Origin: Eledone cirrhosa
Taxonomy: Eukaryota
Reading direction: 5' to 3'
NCBI GenBank assembly: GCA_964016885.1
Contig: OZ024742.1
Span: forward strand, 168,206,001 to 168,270,000
DNA length: 64,000 bases
The notes under the pieces were generated by a model. It saw nothing but the letters and a program-made list of their open reading frames with translations. It ran no database searches and was not told the origin of the DNA. The translations under genes were made by a program, and so were the position numbers. Of this stretch, positions 39,619-54,180 are shown piece by piece. Each line of letters starts with the position of its first letter. Position 1 is the first letter of the stretch.

Positions 39619-42600
39619 AAAAGAAACATTAAAACAGCATTTAAAAAATCCATTGAAAAAATCCATTTAAAAAAATCCATTAAAAAATCCATTAAAAATC
39701 CATTAAAAATCCATTAAAAATCCATTAAAAATTCATTAAAAAATCCATTTAAAAAACCCATTAAAAAAACCATTTAAAAAATCCATTAAAAAAAATACAT
39801 TTAAAAAAACCCATTAAAAAAAATCCATTAAAAATCCATTAAAAAAATCCATTTAAAAAAAATTCATTAAAAAATCCATTAAAAATCCATTAAAAATCCA
39901 TTAAAAATCCATTAAAAATCCATTAAAAATCCATTAAAAAATCCATTTAAAAAACCCATTAAAAAAAGCATTAAAAAATCCATTTAAAAAATCCATTAAA
40001 AAAAATCCATTTAAAACAACCCATTAAAAAAAATCCATTAAAAAAAACCCATTAAAAAAATCCATTAAAAAAATCCATTTAAAAAATCCATTAAAAAAAA
40101 TCCATTAAAAAAAATCCATAAAAAAATCCATAAAAAAAATCCATTAAAAATCCATTAAAAAAATCCATTAAAAATCCATTAAAAAAAATCCATTTAAAAA
40201 AGCCATTAAAAAATCCATTAAAAATCCATTAAAAATCCATTAAAAAACCCATTAAAAAATCCATTTAAAAAATCCATTAAAAAAATCCATTAAAAAAATC
40301 CATTTAAAAAAACCCATTAAAAAAAATCCATTAAAAAAATCCATTAGAAAATCCATTAAAAAAATCCATTAAAAAAAATCGATAAAAAAAATCCATTAAA
40401 AAAAATCCATTAAAAAAAATCCGTTAAAAAAAATCCATTAAAAAAAAATCCGTTAAAAAAAATCCATTAAAAGCTCAATCAAAAACCCATTAAAAACGCC
40501 ATAAAAAATCATTAAAATCCCATTAAAGATACATTAAAGGCCCATTAAAAACGCCATAAAAAATCCATTAAAAAAATCCATTAAAAAAAACTCAATCAAA
40601 AACCCATAAAAGAAACATTAAAACAGCATTTAAAAAATCCATTAAAAATCCATTAAAAAAATCCATTTAAAAAACCCATTAAAAAAAATCCATAAAAAAA
40701 AAACTCAATCAAAAACCCATAAAAGAAACATTAAAACAGCATTTTAAAAATCCATTAAAAAAATCCATTAAAAAAAATCCATTAAAAAAATCCATTAAAA
40801 AAAACCCATTAAAAAAAATCCATTTAAAAAATCCATTTAAAAAATCCATTAAAAAAAGTCCATTAAAAAAAATCCATAAAAAAATGCATTAAAAAAATCC
40901 ATTAAAAAAATCCATTAAAAAAAATCCATTAAAAATCCATTAAAAAAATCCATTTAAAAAAATCCATTAAAAAAAAATCCGTTAAAAAAAATCCATTAAA
41001 AACTCAATCAAAAACCCAATTAAAAGGCCATAAAAGAAACATTAAAACAGCATTTAAAATACCATTAAAAACGCCATAAAAAATCATTAAAATCCCATTA
41101 AAAATACATTAAAGGCCCATTAAAAACGCCATAAAAAATCCATTAAAAAAAACTCAATCAAAAACCCATAAAAGAAACATTAAAACAGCATTTAAAAAAC
41201 CCATTAAAAATTCATTAAAAAAATCCATTTAAAAAATCCATTAAAAATCCATTAAAAATCCATTAAAAATCCATTAAAAATCCAATAAAAATTCATTAAA
41301 AAATCCATTTAAAAAAATCCATTAAAAAAATCCATTAAAAAATCCATTTAAAAAATCCATTTAAAAAATCCATAAAAAAATCCATTAAAAAAATCCATTA
41401 AAAATCCATTAAAAATCCATTAAAAAATCCATTAAAAAAACCCATTTAAAAAATCCAAAAAAATCCATTTAAAAAATCCATTAAAAAAAATCCATTTAAA
41501 AAAACCCATTAAAAAAAATCCATTAAAAAAATCCATTTAAAAAATCCATTTAAAAAAATCCATTAAAAAAATCCATAAAAAAAATCCATTAAAAAAAATC
41601 CATTAAAAAAAAATCCGTTAAAGAAAATCCATTAAAAACTCAATCAAAAACCCAATTAAAAGGCCATAAAAGAAACATTAAAACAGCATTTAAAATACCA
41701 TTAAAAACGCCATAAAAAATCATTAAAATTGTTTTTTATGAAATTTATAATATGGCTTTTAATGAACTTTTTAATGGGCTTTTAGAATCATTAAAATCCC
41801 ATTAAAAATACATTAAAGGCCCATTAAAAACGCCATAAAAAATCCATTAAAAAAAATCCATTAAAAAAAAATTCAATCAAAAACCCATAAAAGAAACATT
41901 AAAACAGCATTTAAAAAACCCATAAAAAATTCATTAAAAAAATCCATTTAAAAAATCCATTAAAAATCCATTAAAAATCCATTAAAAATCCATTAAAAAA
42001 TCCATTTAAAAAACCCATTAAAAAAATCCATTAAAAAAATCCATTTAAAAATCCATTAAAAAAAATCCATTTAAAAAAACCCATTAAAAAAAGTCCATTA
42101 AAAAATCCATTTAAAAAATCCATAAAAAAAAATCCATAAAAAAAATCCATTAAAAAAAATCCATTAAAAAAAAAATCCGTTAAAAAAAATCCATTAAAAA
42201 TCCCTTAAAAATCCATTAAAAATCCATTAAAAATCCATTAAAAATCCATTAAAAATCCATTTAAAAAAATCCATTAAAAAAATCCATTAAAAAAATCCAT
42301 TAAAAAAATCCATTAAAAAAAATCCATTAAAAAAAAATCCATTAAAAAAAATCCATTAAAAAAAATCAATTTAAAAAAATCCATTAAAAAATCCATTAAA
42401 AAAGTCCATAAAAATCCATTAAAAAAATCCATTTAAAAAAATCCATTTAAAAATCCATTAAAAACCCATTAAAAATCCATTAAAAATCCATTAAAAATCC
42501 ATTAAAAAATCCATTAAAAAAATCCATTTAAAAAACCCATAAAAGAAACATTAAAACAGCATTTAAAAAACCCATTAAAAATTCATTAAAAAAATCCATT

Positions 42601-43195
42601 TGAAAAATCCATTAAAAATCCATTAAAAATCCATTAAAAATCCATTAAAAATCCATTTGAAAAAATCCATTAAAAAAATCCATTAAAAAATCCATTTAAA
42701 AAATCCATTAAAAAAAATCCATTAATAAAAACTCAATCAAAAACCCATAAAAGAAACATTAAAACAACATTTAAAAAATCCATTAAAAAAATCCATTTAA
42801 AAAAATCCATTAAAAAATATATTAAAAATCCATTAAAAATCCATTAAAAATCCATTAAAAATCATTAAAAATCCATTAAAAATACATTAAAAATCCATTA
42901 AAAAATCCATTTAAAAAAATCAATTAAAAAAATCCATTAAAAAAAATCCATTAAAAAAAAATCCATTAAAAAAAAATCCATTAAAAAAAATCAATTAAAA
43001 AAAATCCATTAAAAATCCATTAAAAAATCCATTAAAAACCCATTAAAAATCCATTAAAAATCCATTAAAAATCCATTTAAAAAACCCATTAAAAAAAATC
43101 CATTAAAATAATCCATTTAAAAAATCTATTTAAAAAAATCCATTAAAAAAAACCCATTAAAAAAAAATCCATTAAAAAAATCCATTTAAAAATCC
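39619..43195 (+). repeat. Near-identical copy of window positions 1-~3580 (offset 39,618)
   Basis: Markers at a constant offset: TCGATA 761/40379, insert 2111/41729, TCCCTT 2583/42201, TCTATTT 3507/43125. Confidence 0.9.
41729..41785 (-). repeat. 57-bp inverted insert, copy 19 (C allele)
   Basis: C-allele string. Confidence 0.93.
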
Positions 43196-46100
43196 ATTAA
43201 AAAAAATCCATTAAAAAAAATCCATAAAAAAGTCCATTAAAAAAAATCCATTAAAAAAAATCCATTAAAAATCCATTCAAAAAATCCATTTAAAAAAATC
43301 CATTAAAAAATCCATTAAAAATTCATTAAAAATCCATTAAAAAATCCATTTAAAAAACCCATTAAAAAAATCCATTTAAAAAATCCATTTAAAAAATCCA
43401 TTAAAAAAAATCCATTTAAAAAAACCCATTAAAAAAAATCCATTAAGAAAATCCATTTAAAAATTCCATTAAAAAAAATCCATTAAAAAAAATCCATAAA
43501 AAAAATCCATTAAAAAAAATCCATTAAAAAAAAATCCGTTAAAAAAAATCCATTAAAAAAAAATCCGTTAAAAAAAATCCATTAAAAAAATCCATTAAAA
43601 AAAACTCAATCAAAAACCCATAAAAGAAACATTAAAACAGCATTTAAAAAATCCATTAAAAATCCATTAAAAAAATCCATTTAAAAAAATCCATTAAAAA
43701 ATCCATTAAAAATCCATTAAAAATCCATTAAAAAACCCATTTAAAAAAATCCATTAAAAAAATCCATTAAAAAAATCCATTTAAAAAATCCATTAAAAAA
43801 AGCCATTAAAAAAATCCATTAAAAAAAAGCCATTAAAAAAATCCATTAAAAAAAAATCCATTAAAAATCCATTAAAAAAATCCATTTAAAAAAATCCATT
43901 AAAAACCCATTAAAAATCCATTAAAAAATCCATTAAAAAACCCATTAAAAAAAATCCATTAAAAAAATCCATTTAAAAAATCCATTAAAAAAAAATCCAT
44001 TTAAAAAACCCATTAAAAAAAATCCATTAAAAAAATCCATTAAAAAAAATCCATTAAAAAAAATCCATTAAAAGCTCAATCAAAAACCCATTAAAAACGC
44101 CATAAAAAATCATTAAAATCCCATTAAAAATACATTAAAGGTCCATTAAAAACGCCATAAAAAATCCATTAAAAAAATCCATTAAAAAAATCCATTTAAA
44201 AAATCCATTAAAAAAAATCCATTAAAAAAAATCCATAAAAAAATCCATTAAAAAAAGTCCATTAAAAATCCATTAAAAAAATCCATTTAAAAAAATCCAT
44301 TTAAAAATCCATTTAAAAAAATCCATTAAAGAAATCCATTAAAAAATCCATTTAAAAAATCCATTAAAAAAAATCCATTAAAAAAAACTCAATCAAAAAA
44401 CCATAAAAGAAACATTAAAACAGCATTTAAAAAATCCATTAAAAAAATCCATTTAAAAAAATCCATTAAAAAATATATTAAAAATCCATTAAAAATCCAT
44501 TAAAAATCCATTAAAAATCCATTAAAAATCCATTAAAAATACATTAAAAATCCATTAAAAAATCCATTTAAAAAAATCCATTAAAAAAATCCATTAAAAA
44601 AAACCATTTAAAAAATCCATTAAAAAAATCCATTAAAAAAAAATCCATTAAAAAAAAATCCATTAAAAAAAATCAATTTAAAAAAATCCATTAAAAATCC
44701 ATTAAAAAATCCATTTAAAAAAATCCATTAAAAACCCATTAAAAATCCATTAAAAATCCATTAAAAATCCATTTAAAAAACCCATTAAAAAAAATCCATT
44801 AAAAAAATCCATTTAAAAAATCCATTAAAAAAAATCCAATAAAAAAAACCCATTAAAAAAAATCCATTAAAAAAATCCATTTAAAAAATCCATTAAAAAA
44901 AATCCATTAAAAAAAATCCATAAAAAAATCCATTAAAAAAAATCCATTAAAAAAAATCCATTAAAAATCCATTAAAAAAATCCATTTAAAAAAATCCATT
45001 AAAAATCCATTAAAAATCCATTAAAAAATCCATTTAAAAAAACCATTAAAAAAATCCATTTAAAAAATCCATTTAAAAAATCCATTAAAAAAAATCCATT
45101 TAAAAAAACCCATTAAAAAAAATCCATTAAGAAAATCCATTTAAAAAATCCATTAAAAAAAATCCATTAAAAAAAATCCATAAAAAAAATCCATTAAAAA
45201 AAATCCATTAAAAAAAAATCCGTTAAAAAAAATCCATTAAAAAAAAATCCGTTAAAAAAAATCCATTAAAAGCTCAATCCCATTAAAAACGCCATAAAAA
45301 TCATTAAAATCCAATTAAAGATACATTAAAGGCCCATTAAAAACGCTATAAAAAATCCATTAAAAAAATCCATTAAAAAAAACTCAATCAAAAACCCATA
45401 AAAGAAACATTAAAACAGCATTTAAAAAATCCATTAAAAATCCATTAAAAAAATCCATTTAAAAAAATCCATTAAAAAATCCATTAAAAATCCATTAAAA
45501 ATCCATTAAAAATCCATTAAAAATCCATTAAAAATCCATTAAAAAACCCATTTAAAAAAAGCCATTAAAAAAAATCCATTAAAAAAATCCATTTAAAAAA
45601 TCCATTAAAAAAAGCCATTAAAAAAATCCATTAAAAAAAAGCCATTAAAAAAATCCATTAAAAAAAAATCCATTAAAAATCCATTAAAAAAATCCATTTA
45701 AAAAAATCCATTAAAAACCCATTAAAAATCCATTAAAAAATCCATTAAAAAACCCATTAAAAAAATCCATTAAAAAAATCCATTTAAAAAATCCATTAAA
45801 AAAAAATCCATTTAAAAAACCCATTAAAAAAAATCCATTAAAAAAATCCATTTAAAAAATCCATTAAAAAAAATCCATTAAAAGCTCAATCAAAAACCCA
45901 TTAAAAACGCCATAAAAAATCATTAAAATCCCATTAAAAATACATTAAAGGTCCATTAAAAACGCCATAAAAAATCCATTAAAAAAATCCATTAAAAAAA
46001 AACTCAATCAAAAACCCATAAAAGAAACATTAAAACAGCATTTAAAAAATCCATTAAAAAAATCCATTTAACAAAATCCATTAAAAATCCATTAAAAATC

Positions 46101-49100
46101 CATTAAAAATTCATTAAAAAATCCATTTAAAAAAATCCATTAAAAAAATCCATTAAAAAAATCCATTTAAAAAATCCATAAAAAAAACCCATTAAAAAAA
46201 ATCCATTAAAAAAAAATCCATTAAAAAAAATCCATTAAAAAAAAATCCATTAAAAATCCATTAAAAAAATCCATTTAAAAAAAATTCATAAAAAAATCCA
46301 TTAAAAATCCATTTAAAAAAATCCATTTAAAAAATCCATTTAAAAAACCCATTACAAAAAATCCATTAAAAAAAATCCATAAAAAAAAAAGCCATTAAAA
46401 AAAATCCATTAAACAAATCCATTAAAAATCCATTAAAAATCCATTAAAAATCCATTAAAAATCCCTTAAAAATCCATTAAAAATCCATTAAAATCCATTA
46501 AAAATCCATTAAAAATCCATTAAAAATCCATTAAAAATCCATTAAAAATCCATTAAAAATCCATTAAAAATCCATTAAAAAATCCATTTAAAAAAATCCA
46601 TTAAAAAATCCATTAAAAAATCCATTTAAAAAATCCATTAAAAAAATCCATTAAAAAAAAATCCATTAAAAAAAAATCCATTAAAAAAAATCAATTTAAA
46701 AAAATCCATTAAAAATCCATTAAAAAAATCCATTTAAAAAAATCCATTAAAAACCCATTAAAAACCCATTAAAAAATCCATTAAAAATCCATTTAAAAAA
46801 CCCATTAAAAAAAATCCATTAAAAAAAATCCATTTAAAAAATCCATTAAAAAAAATCCATTAAAAAAACCCATTAAAAAATCCATTAAAAAAATCCATTT
46901 AAAAAATCCATTAAAAAAAATTCATTAAAAAAAAATCCATAAAAAATCCATTAAAAAAATCCATTAAAAAAAATCCATTAAAAAAAATCCATTAAAAATC
47001 CATTAAAAAATCCATTTAAAAAAATACATTAGAAAATCCATTAAAAAACCCATTAAAAATCCATTAAAAATCCATTAAAAATCCATTAAAAATCCATTTA
47101 AAAAACCCATTAAAAAAATCCATTTAAAAAATCCATTAAAAAAATCCATTAAAAAAAAACCATTAAAAAAAATCCATTAAAAAATCCATTTAAAAAATCC
47201 ATTAAAAAAAAATCCATTAAAAAAAATCCATAAAAAAAATCCATTAAAAAAATCCATTAAAAAAAAATCCGTTAAAAAAAATCCATTAAAAATCCATTAA
47301 AAATCCATAAAAAAATCCATTTAAAAAACCCATTAAAAAAATCCATTAAAAAAATCCATTTAAAAAATCCATTAAAAAAAATCCATTAAAAAAAAACCCA
47401 TTAAAAAAAAATCCATTAAAAAAATCCATTTAAAAAACCCATTAAAAAAAATCCATTAAAAAAAATCCATAAAAAAATCCATTAATAAAAGTCCATTAAA
47501 AATCCATTAAAAAAACCCATTAAAAAAAATCCATTAAAAAATCCATTAAAAACCCATTAAAAATCCATTAAAAATCCATTAAAAAATCCATTTAAAAAAC
47601 CCATTAAAAAAATCCATTAAAAAAATCCATTTATAAAATCCATTAAAAAATCCATTAAAAAAAAAACCATTAAAAAAAAATCCATTAAAAAAATCAATTT
47701 AAAAAATCCATTAAAAAAAATCCATTAAAAAAATCCATTTAAAATAATCCATTTAAAAATCCATTAAAAACCCATTAAAAATCCATTAAAAATCCATTAA
47801 AAATCCATTAAAAAATCCATTAAAAAAAATTCAATCAAAAACCCATAAAAGAAACATTAAAACAGCATTTAAAAAACCCATTAAAAATTCATTAAAAAAA
47901 TCCATTTGAAAAATCCATTAAAAATCCATTAAAAATCCATTAAAAATCCATTAAAAATCCATTAAAAATCCATTAAAAATCCATTAAAAATCCATTAAAA
48001 AAACCCATTAAAAAAATCCATTAAAAAAATCCATTTAAAAATCCATTAAAAAAAATCCATTTAAAAAAACCCATTAAAAAAAATCCATTAAAATAATCCA
48101 TTTAAAAAATCCATAAAAAAAATCCATAAAAAAAATCCATTAAAAAAAATCCATTAAAAAAAAAATCCGTTAAAAAAAATCCATTAAAAATCCATTAAAA
48201 ATCCATTAAAAATCCATTTTAAAAAATCCATTAAAAAAATCCATTAAAAAAATCCATTTAAAAAATCCGTTAAAAAAATCCATTAAAAAAAAATCCATTA
48301 AAAAAAATCCATTAAAAAAATCAATTTAAAAAAATCCATTAAAAAAATCCATTTAAAAAAATTCATTAAAAACCCATTAAAAATCCATTAAAAATCCATT
48401 AAAAAATACATTTAAAAAACCCATTAAAAAAAATCCATTAAAAAAATCCATAAAAAAAAAATCCATTAAAAAAAAAACCCATTAAAAAAAATCCATTAAA
48501 AAAATCCATTTAAAAAATCCATTAAAAAAATCCATTAAAAAAAACTCAATCAAAAACCCATAAAAGAAACATTAAAACAGCATTTAAAAAATCCATTAAA
48601 AATCCATTAAAAAAATCCATTTAAAAAATCCATTAAAAAATCCATTAAAAATCCATTAAAAATCCATTAAAAAATCCATTTAAAAAAATCCATTAAAAAA
48701 ATCCATTTAAAAAATCCATTAAAAAATCCATTTAAAAAATCCATTAAAAAAAATCCATTAACAAAAACCATTAAAAAATCCATTAAAAAAAATCCCATTA
48801 AAAATACATTAAAGGCCCATTAAAAACGTCATAAAAAATCCATTAAAAAAATCCATTAAAAAAAAACTCAATCAAAAACCCATAAAAGAAACATTAAAAC
48901 AGCATTTAAAAAACGCATTAAAAATTCATTAAAAAAAATCCATTTAAAAAATCCATTAAAAAATCCATTAAAAATCCATTAAAAATCCATTAAAAATCCA
49001 TTAAAAATCCATTAAAAATCCATTAAAAAATCCATTTAAAAAATCCATTAAAAAAATTCATTAAAAATCCATTAAAAATCCATTAAAAATCCATTAAAAA

Positions 49101-49656
49101 TCCATTAAAAAATCCAATTAAAAAAATCCATTAAAAAAATCCATTAAAAAATCCATTTAAAAAATCCATTAAAAAAAATCCATTAAAAAAAATCCATTAA
49201 AAAAAAATCCATTAAAAAAAACTCAATCAAAAACTCATAAAAGAAACATTAAAACAGCATTTAAAAAATCCATTAAAAAAATCCATTTAAAAAAATCCAT
49301 TAAAAAATCCATTAAAAATCCATTAAAAATCCATTAAAAATCCATTAAAAATCCATTAAAAATCCATTAAAAATCCATTAAAAATCCATTAAAAATCCAT
49401 TAAAAATCCATTAAAAAATCCAATTAAAAAAATCCATTAAAAAAATCCATTAACAAATCCTTTTAAAAAATCCATTAAAAAAAATCCATTAAAAAAAATC
49501 CATTAAAAAAAATCCATTAAAAAAAATCCATTAAAAAATAATCCGTTAAAAAAAATCCATTAAAAACTCAATCAAAAACCCAATTAAAAGGCCATAAAAG
49601 AAACATTAAAACAGCATTTAAAATACCATTAAAAACGCCATAAAAAATCATTAAAA

Positions 49657-49713
49657 TTGTTTTTTATGAAATTTATAATATGGCTTTTAATGAACTTTTT
49701 AATGGGCTTTTAG
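49657..49713 (-). repeat. 57-bp inverted insert, copy 20 (C allele)
   Basis: C-allele string. Confidence 0.93.
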
Positions 49714-52552
49714 AATCATTAAAATCCCATTAAAAATACATTAAAGGCCCATTAAAAACGCCATAAAAAATCCATTAAAAAAAATCCATTAAAAAAAAAT
49801 TCAATCAAAAACCCATAAAAGAAACATTAAAACAGCATTTAAAAAAACCCATTAAAAATTCATTAAAAAAATCCATTTAAAAAATCCATTAAAAATCCAT
49901 TAAAAATCCATTAAAAATACATTAAAAATCCATTAAAAAAAAATCCATTACAAAAATACATTAAAAAAAATCCATTAAAAACCCATTAAAAATCCATTAA
50001 AAAATCCATTTAAAAACCCATTAAAAAAAATCCATTAAAAAAATACATTTAAAAAATACATTAAAAAAAAATCCATTTAAAAAATCCATTAAAAAAAATC
50101 CATTAAAAAAAATCCATTAAAAGCTCAATCAAAAACCCATTAAAAACGCCATAAAAAATCATTAAAATCCCATTAAAAATACATTAAAGGCCCATTAAAA
50201 ACGCCATAAAAAATCCATTGAAAAAATCCATTAAAAAAAAACTCAATCAAAAACCCATAAAAGAAACATTAAAACAGCATTTAAAAAATCCATTGAAAAA
50301 ATCCATTTAAAAAAATCCATTAAAAAATCCATTAAAAATCCATTAAAAATCCATTAAAAATCCATTAAAAATTCATTAAAAAATCCATTTAAAAAACCCA
50401 TTAAAAAAACCATTTAAAAAATCCATTAAAAAAAATACATTTAAAAAAACCCATTAAAAAAAATCCATTAAAAATCCATTAAAAAAAATCCATTTAAAAA
50501 AAATTCATTAAAAAATCCATTAAAAATCCATTAAAAATCCATTAAAAATCCATTAAAAATCCATTAAAAATCCATTAAAAAATCCATTTAAAAAACCCAT
50601 TAAAAAAAGCATTAAAAAATCCATTTAAAAAATCCATTAAAAAAAATCCATTTAAAACAACCCATTAAAAAAAATCCATTAAAAAAAACCCATTAAAAAA
50701 ATCCATTAAAAAAATCCATTTAAAAAATCCATTAAAAAAAATCCATTAAAAAAAATCCATAAAAAAATCCATTAAAAAAATCCATTAAAAATCCATTAAA
50801 AAAAATCCATTAAAAATCCATTAAAAAAAATCCATTTAAAAAAGCCATTAAAAAATCCATTAAAAATCCATTAAAAATCCATTAAAAAACCCATTAAAAA
50901 ATCCATTTAAAAAATCCATTAAAAAAATCCATTAAAAAAAATCCATTTAAAAAAACCCATTAAAAAAAATCCATTAAAAAAATCCATTAGAAAATCCATT
51001 AAAAAAATCCATTAAAAAAAATCGATAAAAAAAATCCATTAAAAAAAATCCATTAAAAAAAAATCCGTTAAAAAAAATCCATTAAAAAAAAATCCGTTAA
51101 AAAAAATCCATTAAAAGCTCAATCAAAAACCCATTAAAAACGCCATAAAAAATCATTAAAATCCCATTAAAGATACATTAAAGGCCCATTAAAAACGCCA
51201 TAAAAAATCCATTAAAAAAATCCATTAAAAAAAACTCAATCAAAAACCCATAAAAGAAACATTAAAACAGCATTTAAAAAATCCATTAAAAATCCATTAA
51301 AAAAATCCATTTAAAAAACCCATTAAAAAAAATCCATAAAAAAAAAACTCAATCAAAAACCCATAAAAGAAACATTAAAACAGCATTTAAAAAATCCATT
51401 AAAAAAATCCATTAAAAAAAATCCATTAAAAAAAATCCATTAAAAAAAACCCATTAAAAAAAATCCATTTAAAAAATCCATTTAAAAAATCCATTAAAAA
51501 AAATCCATTAAAAAAAATCCATAAAAAAAATCCATTAAAAAAAATCCATTAAAAATCCATTAAAAAAATCCATTTAAAAAAATCCATTAAAAAAAAATCC
51601 GTTAAAAAAAATCCATTAAAAACTCAATCAAAAACCCAATTAAAAGGCCATAAAAGAAACATTAAAACAGCATTTAAAATACCATTAAAAACGCCATAAA
51701 AAATCATTAAAATCCCATTAAAAATACATTAAAGGCCCATTAAAAACGCCATAAAAAATCCATTAAAAAAAATCCATTAAAAAAAATCCATTAAAAAAAA
51801 ATCCGTTAAAAAAAATCGATTAAAAACTCAATCAAAAACCCAATTAAAAGGCCATAAAAGAAACATTAAAACAGCATTTAAAATACCATTAAAAACGCCA
51901 TAAAAAATCATTAAAATCCCATTAAAAATACATTAAAGGCCCATTAAAAACGCCATAAAAAATCCATTAAAAAAAACTCAATCAAAAACCCATAAAAGAA
52001 ACATTAAAACAGCATTTAAAAAACCCATTAAAAATTCATTAAAAAAATCCATTTAAAAAATCCATTAAAAATCCATTAAAAATCCATTAAAAATCCATTA
52101 AAAATCCAATAAAAATTCATTAAAAAATCCATTTAAAAAAATCCATTAAAAAAATCCATTAAAAAATCCATTTAAAAAATCCATTTAAAAAATCCATAAA
52201 AAAATCCATTAAAAAAATCCATTAAAAATCCATTAAAAATCCATTAAAAAATCCATTAAAAAAACCCATTTAAAAAATCCAAAAAAATCCATTTAAAAAA
52301 TCCATTAAAAAAAATCCATTTAAAAAAACCCATTAAAAAAAATCCATTAAAAAAATCCATTTAAAAAATCCATTTAAAAAAATCCATTAAAAAAATCCAT
52401 AAAAAAAATCCATTAAAAAAAATCCATTAAAAAAAAATCCGTTAAAGAAAATCCATTAAAAACTCAATCAAAAACCCAATTAAAAGGCCATAAAAGAAAC
52501 ATTAAAACAGCATTTAAAATACCATTAAAAACGCCATAAAAAATCATTAAAA

Positions 52553-52609
52553 TTGTTTTTTATGAAATTTATAATATGGCTTTTAATGAACTTTTTAATG
52601 GGCTTTTAG
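52553..52609 (-). repeat. 57-bp inverted insert, copy 21 (C allele)
   Basis: C-allele string. Confidence 0.93.
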
Positions 52610-54123
52610 AATCATTAAAATCCCATTAAAAATACATTAAAGGCCCATTAAAAACGCCATAAAAAATCCATTAAAAAAAATCCATTAAAAAAAAATTCAA
52701 TCAAAAACCCATAAAAGAAACATTAAAACAGCATTAAAAAAACCCATAAAAAATTCATTAAAAAAATCCATTTAAAAAATCCATTAAAAATCCATTAAAA
52801 ATCCATTAAAAATCCATTAATAAATCCATTTAAAAAACCCATTAAAAAAATCCATTAAAAAAATCCATTTAAAAATCCATTAAAAAAAATCCATTTAAAA
52901 AAACCCATTAAAAAAAGTCCATTAAAAAATCCATTTAAAAAATCCATAAAAAAAAATCCATAAAAAAAATCCATTAAAAAAAATCCATTAAAAAAAAAAT
53001 CCGTTAAAAAAAATCCATTAAAAATCCCTTAAAAATCCATTAAAAATCCATTAAAAATCCATTAAAAATCCATTAAAAATCCATTTAAAAAAATCCATTA
53101 AAAAAATCCATTAAAAAAATCCATTAAAAAAATCCATTAAAAAAAATCCATTAAAAAAAAATCCATTAAAAAAAATCCATTAAAAAAAATCAATTTAAAA
53201 AAATCCATTAAAAATCCATTAAAAAAATCCATTAAAAAAAATTCATTAAAAACCCATTAAAAATCCAAAAATCCATTAAAAAATCCATTTAAAAAACCCA
53301 TTAAAAAAAATCCATTAAAAAAATCCATTAAAAAAAAATCCATTAAAAAAAAACCCATTAAAAAAAAACCCATTAAAAAAATCCATTAAAAAAATCCATT
53401 TAAAAAATCCATTAAAAAAATCCATTAAAAAAAAATCAATCAAAAACCCATAAAAGAAACATTAAAACAACATTTAAAAAATCCATTAAAAATCCATTAA
53501 AAAAATCCATTTAAAAAATCCATTAAAAAATCCATTAAAAATCCATTAAAAATCCATTAAAAAATCCATTTAAAAAAATCCATTAAAAAAATCCATTTAA
53601 AAAATCCATTAAAAAATCCATTTAAAAAATCCATTAAAAAAAATCCATTAAAAAAAACCATTAAAAAATCCATTAAAAAAAATCCCATTAAAAATACATT
53701 AAAGGCCCATTAAAAACGCCATAAAAAATCCATTAAAAAAATCCATTAAAAAAAAACTCAATCAAAAACCCATAAAAGAAACATTAAAACAGCATTTAAA
53801 AAACCCATTAAAAATTCATTAAAAAAAATCCATTTAAAAAATCCATTAAAAAATACATTAAAAATCCATTAAAAATCCATTAAAAATCCATTAAAAAATC
53901 CAATTAAAAAAATCCATTAAAAAAATCCATTAAAAAATCCATTTAAAAAATCCATTAAAAAAAATCCATTAAAAAAAATCCATTAAAAAAAATCCATTAA
54001 AAAAAATCCATTAAAAAAAAAATCCGTTAAAAACTCAATCAAAAACCCAATTAAAAGGCCATAAAAGAAACATTAAAACAGCATTTAAAATACCATTAAA
54101 AACGCCATAAAAAATCATTAAAA

Positions 54124-54180
54124 TTGTTTTTTATGAAATTTATAATATGGCTTTTAATGAACTTTTTAATGGGCTTTTAG
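54124..54180 (-). repeat. 57-bp inverted insert, copy 22 (C allele)
   Basis: C-allele string. Confidence 0.93.

Larger units (their letters stand above)
31550..42390 (+). repeat. About 10.7 kb higher-order unit, copy 1
   Basis: Ordered rare markers recur 10.6-10.8 kb downstream: AAAGTCCATA 31561/42401, GGTCC 33313/44140, GCTCAATCCC 34640/45272, TACATTAG 36331/47025, CGTCATA 38214/48827, insert 39044/49657, TCGATA 40379/51022, insert 41729/52553. Confidence 0.88.
42391..53215 (+). repeat. About 10.7 kb higher-order unit, copy 2 (tandem to copy 1)
   Basis: See the markers listed for copy 1. It differs by monomer-scale and cassette-scale indels. Confidence 0.88.
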
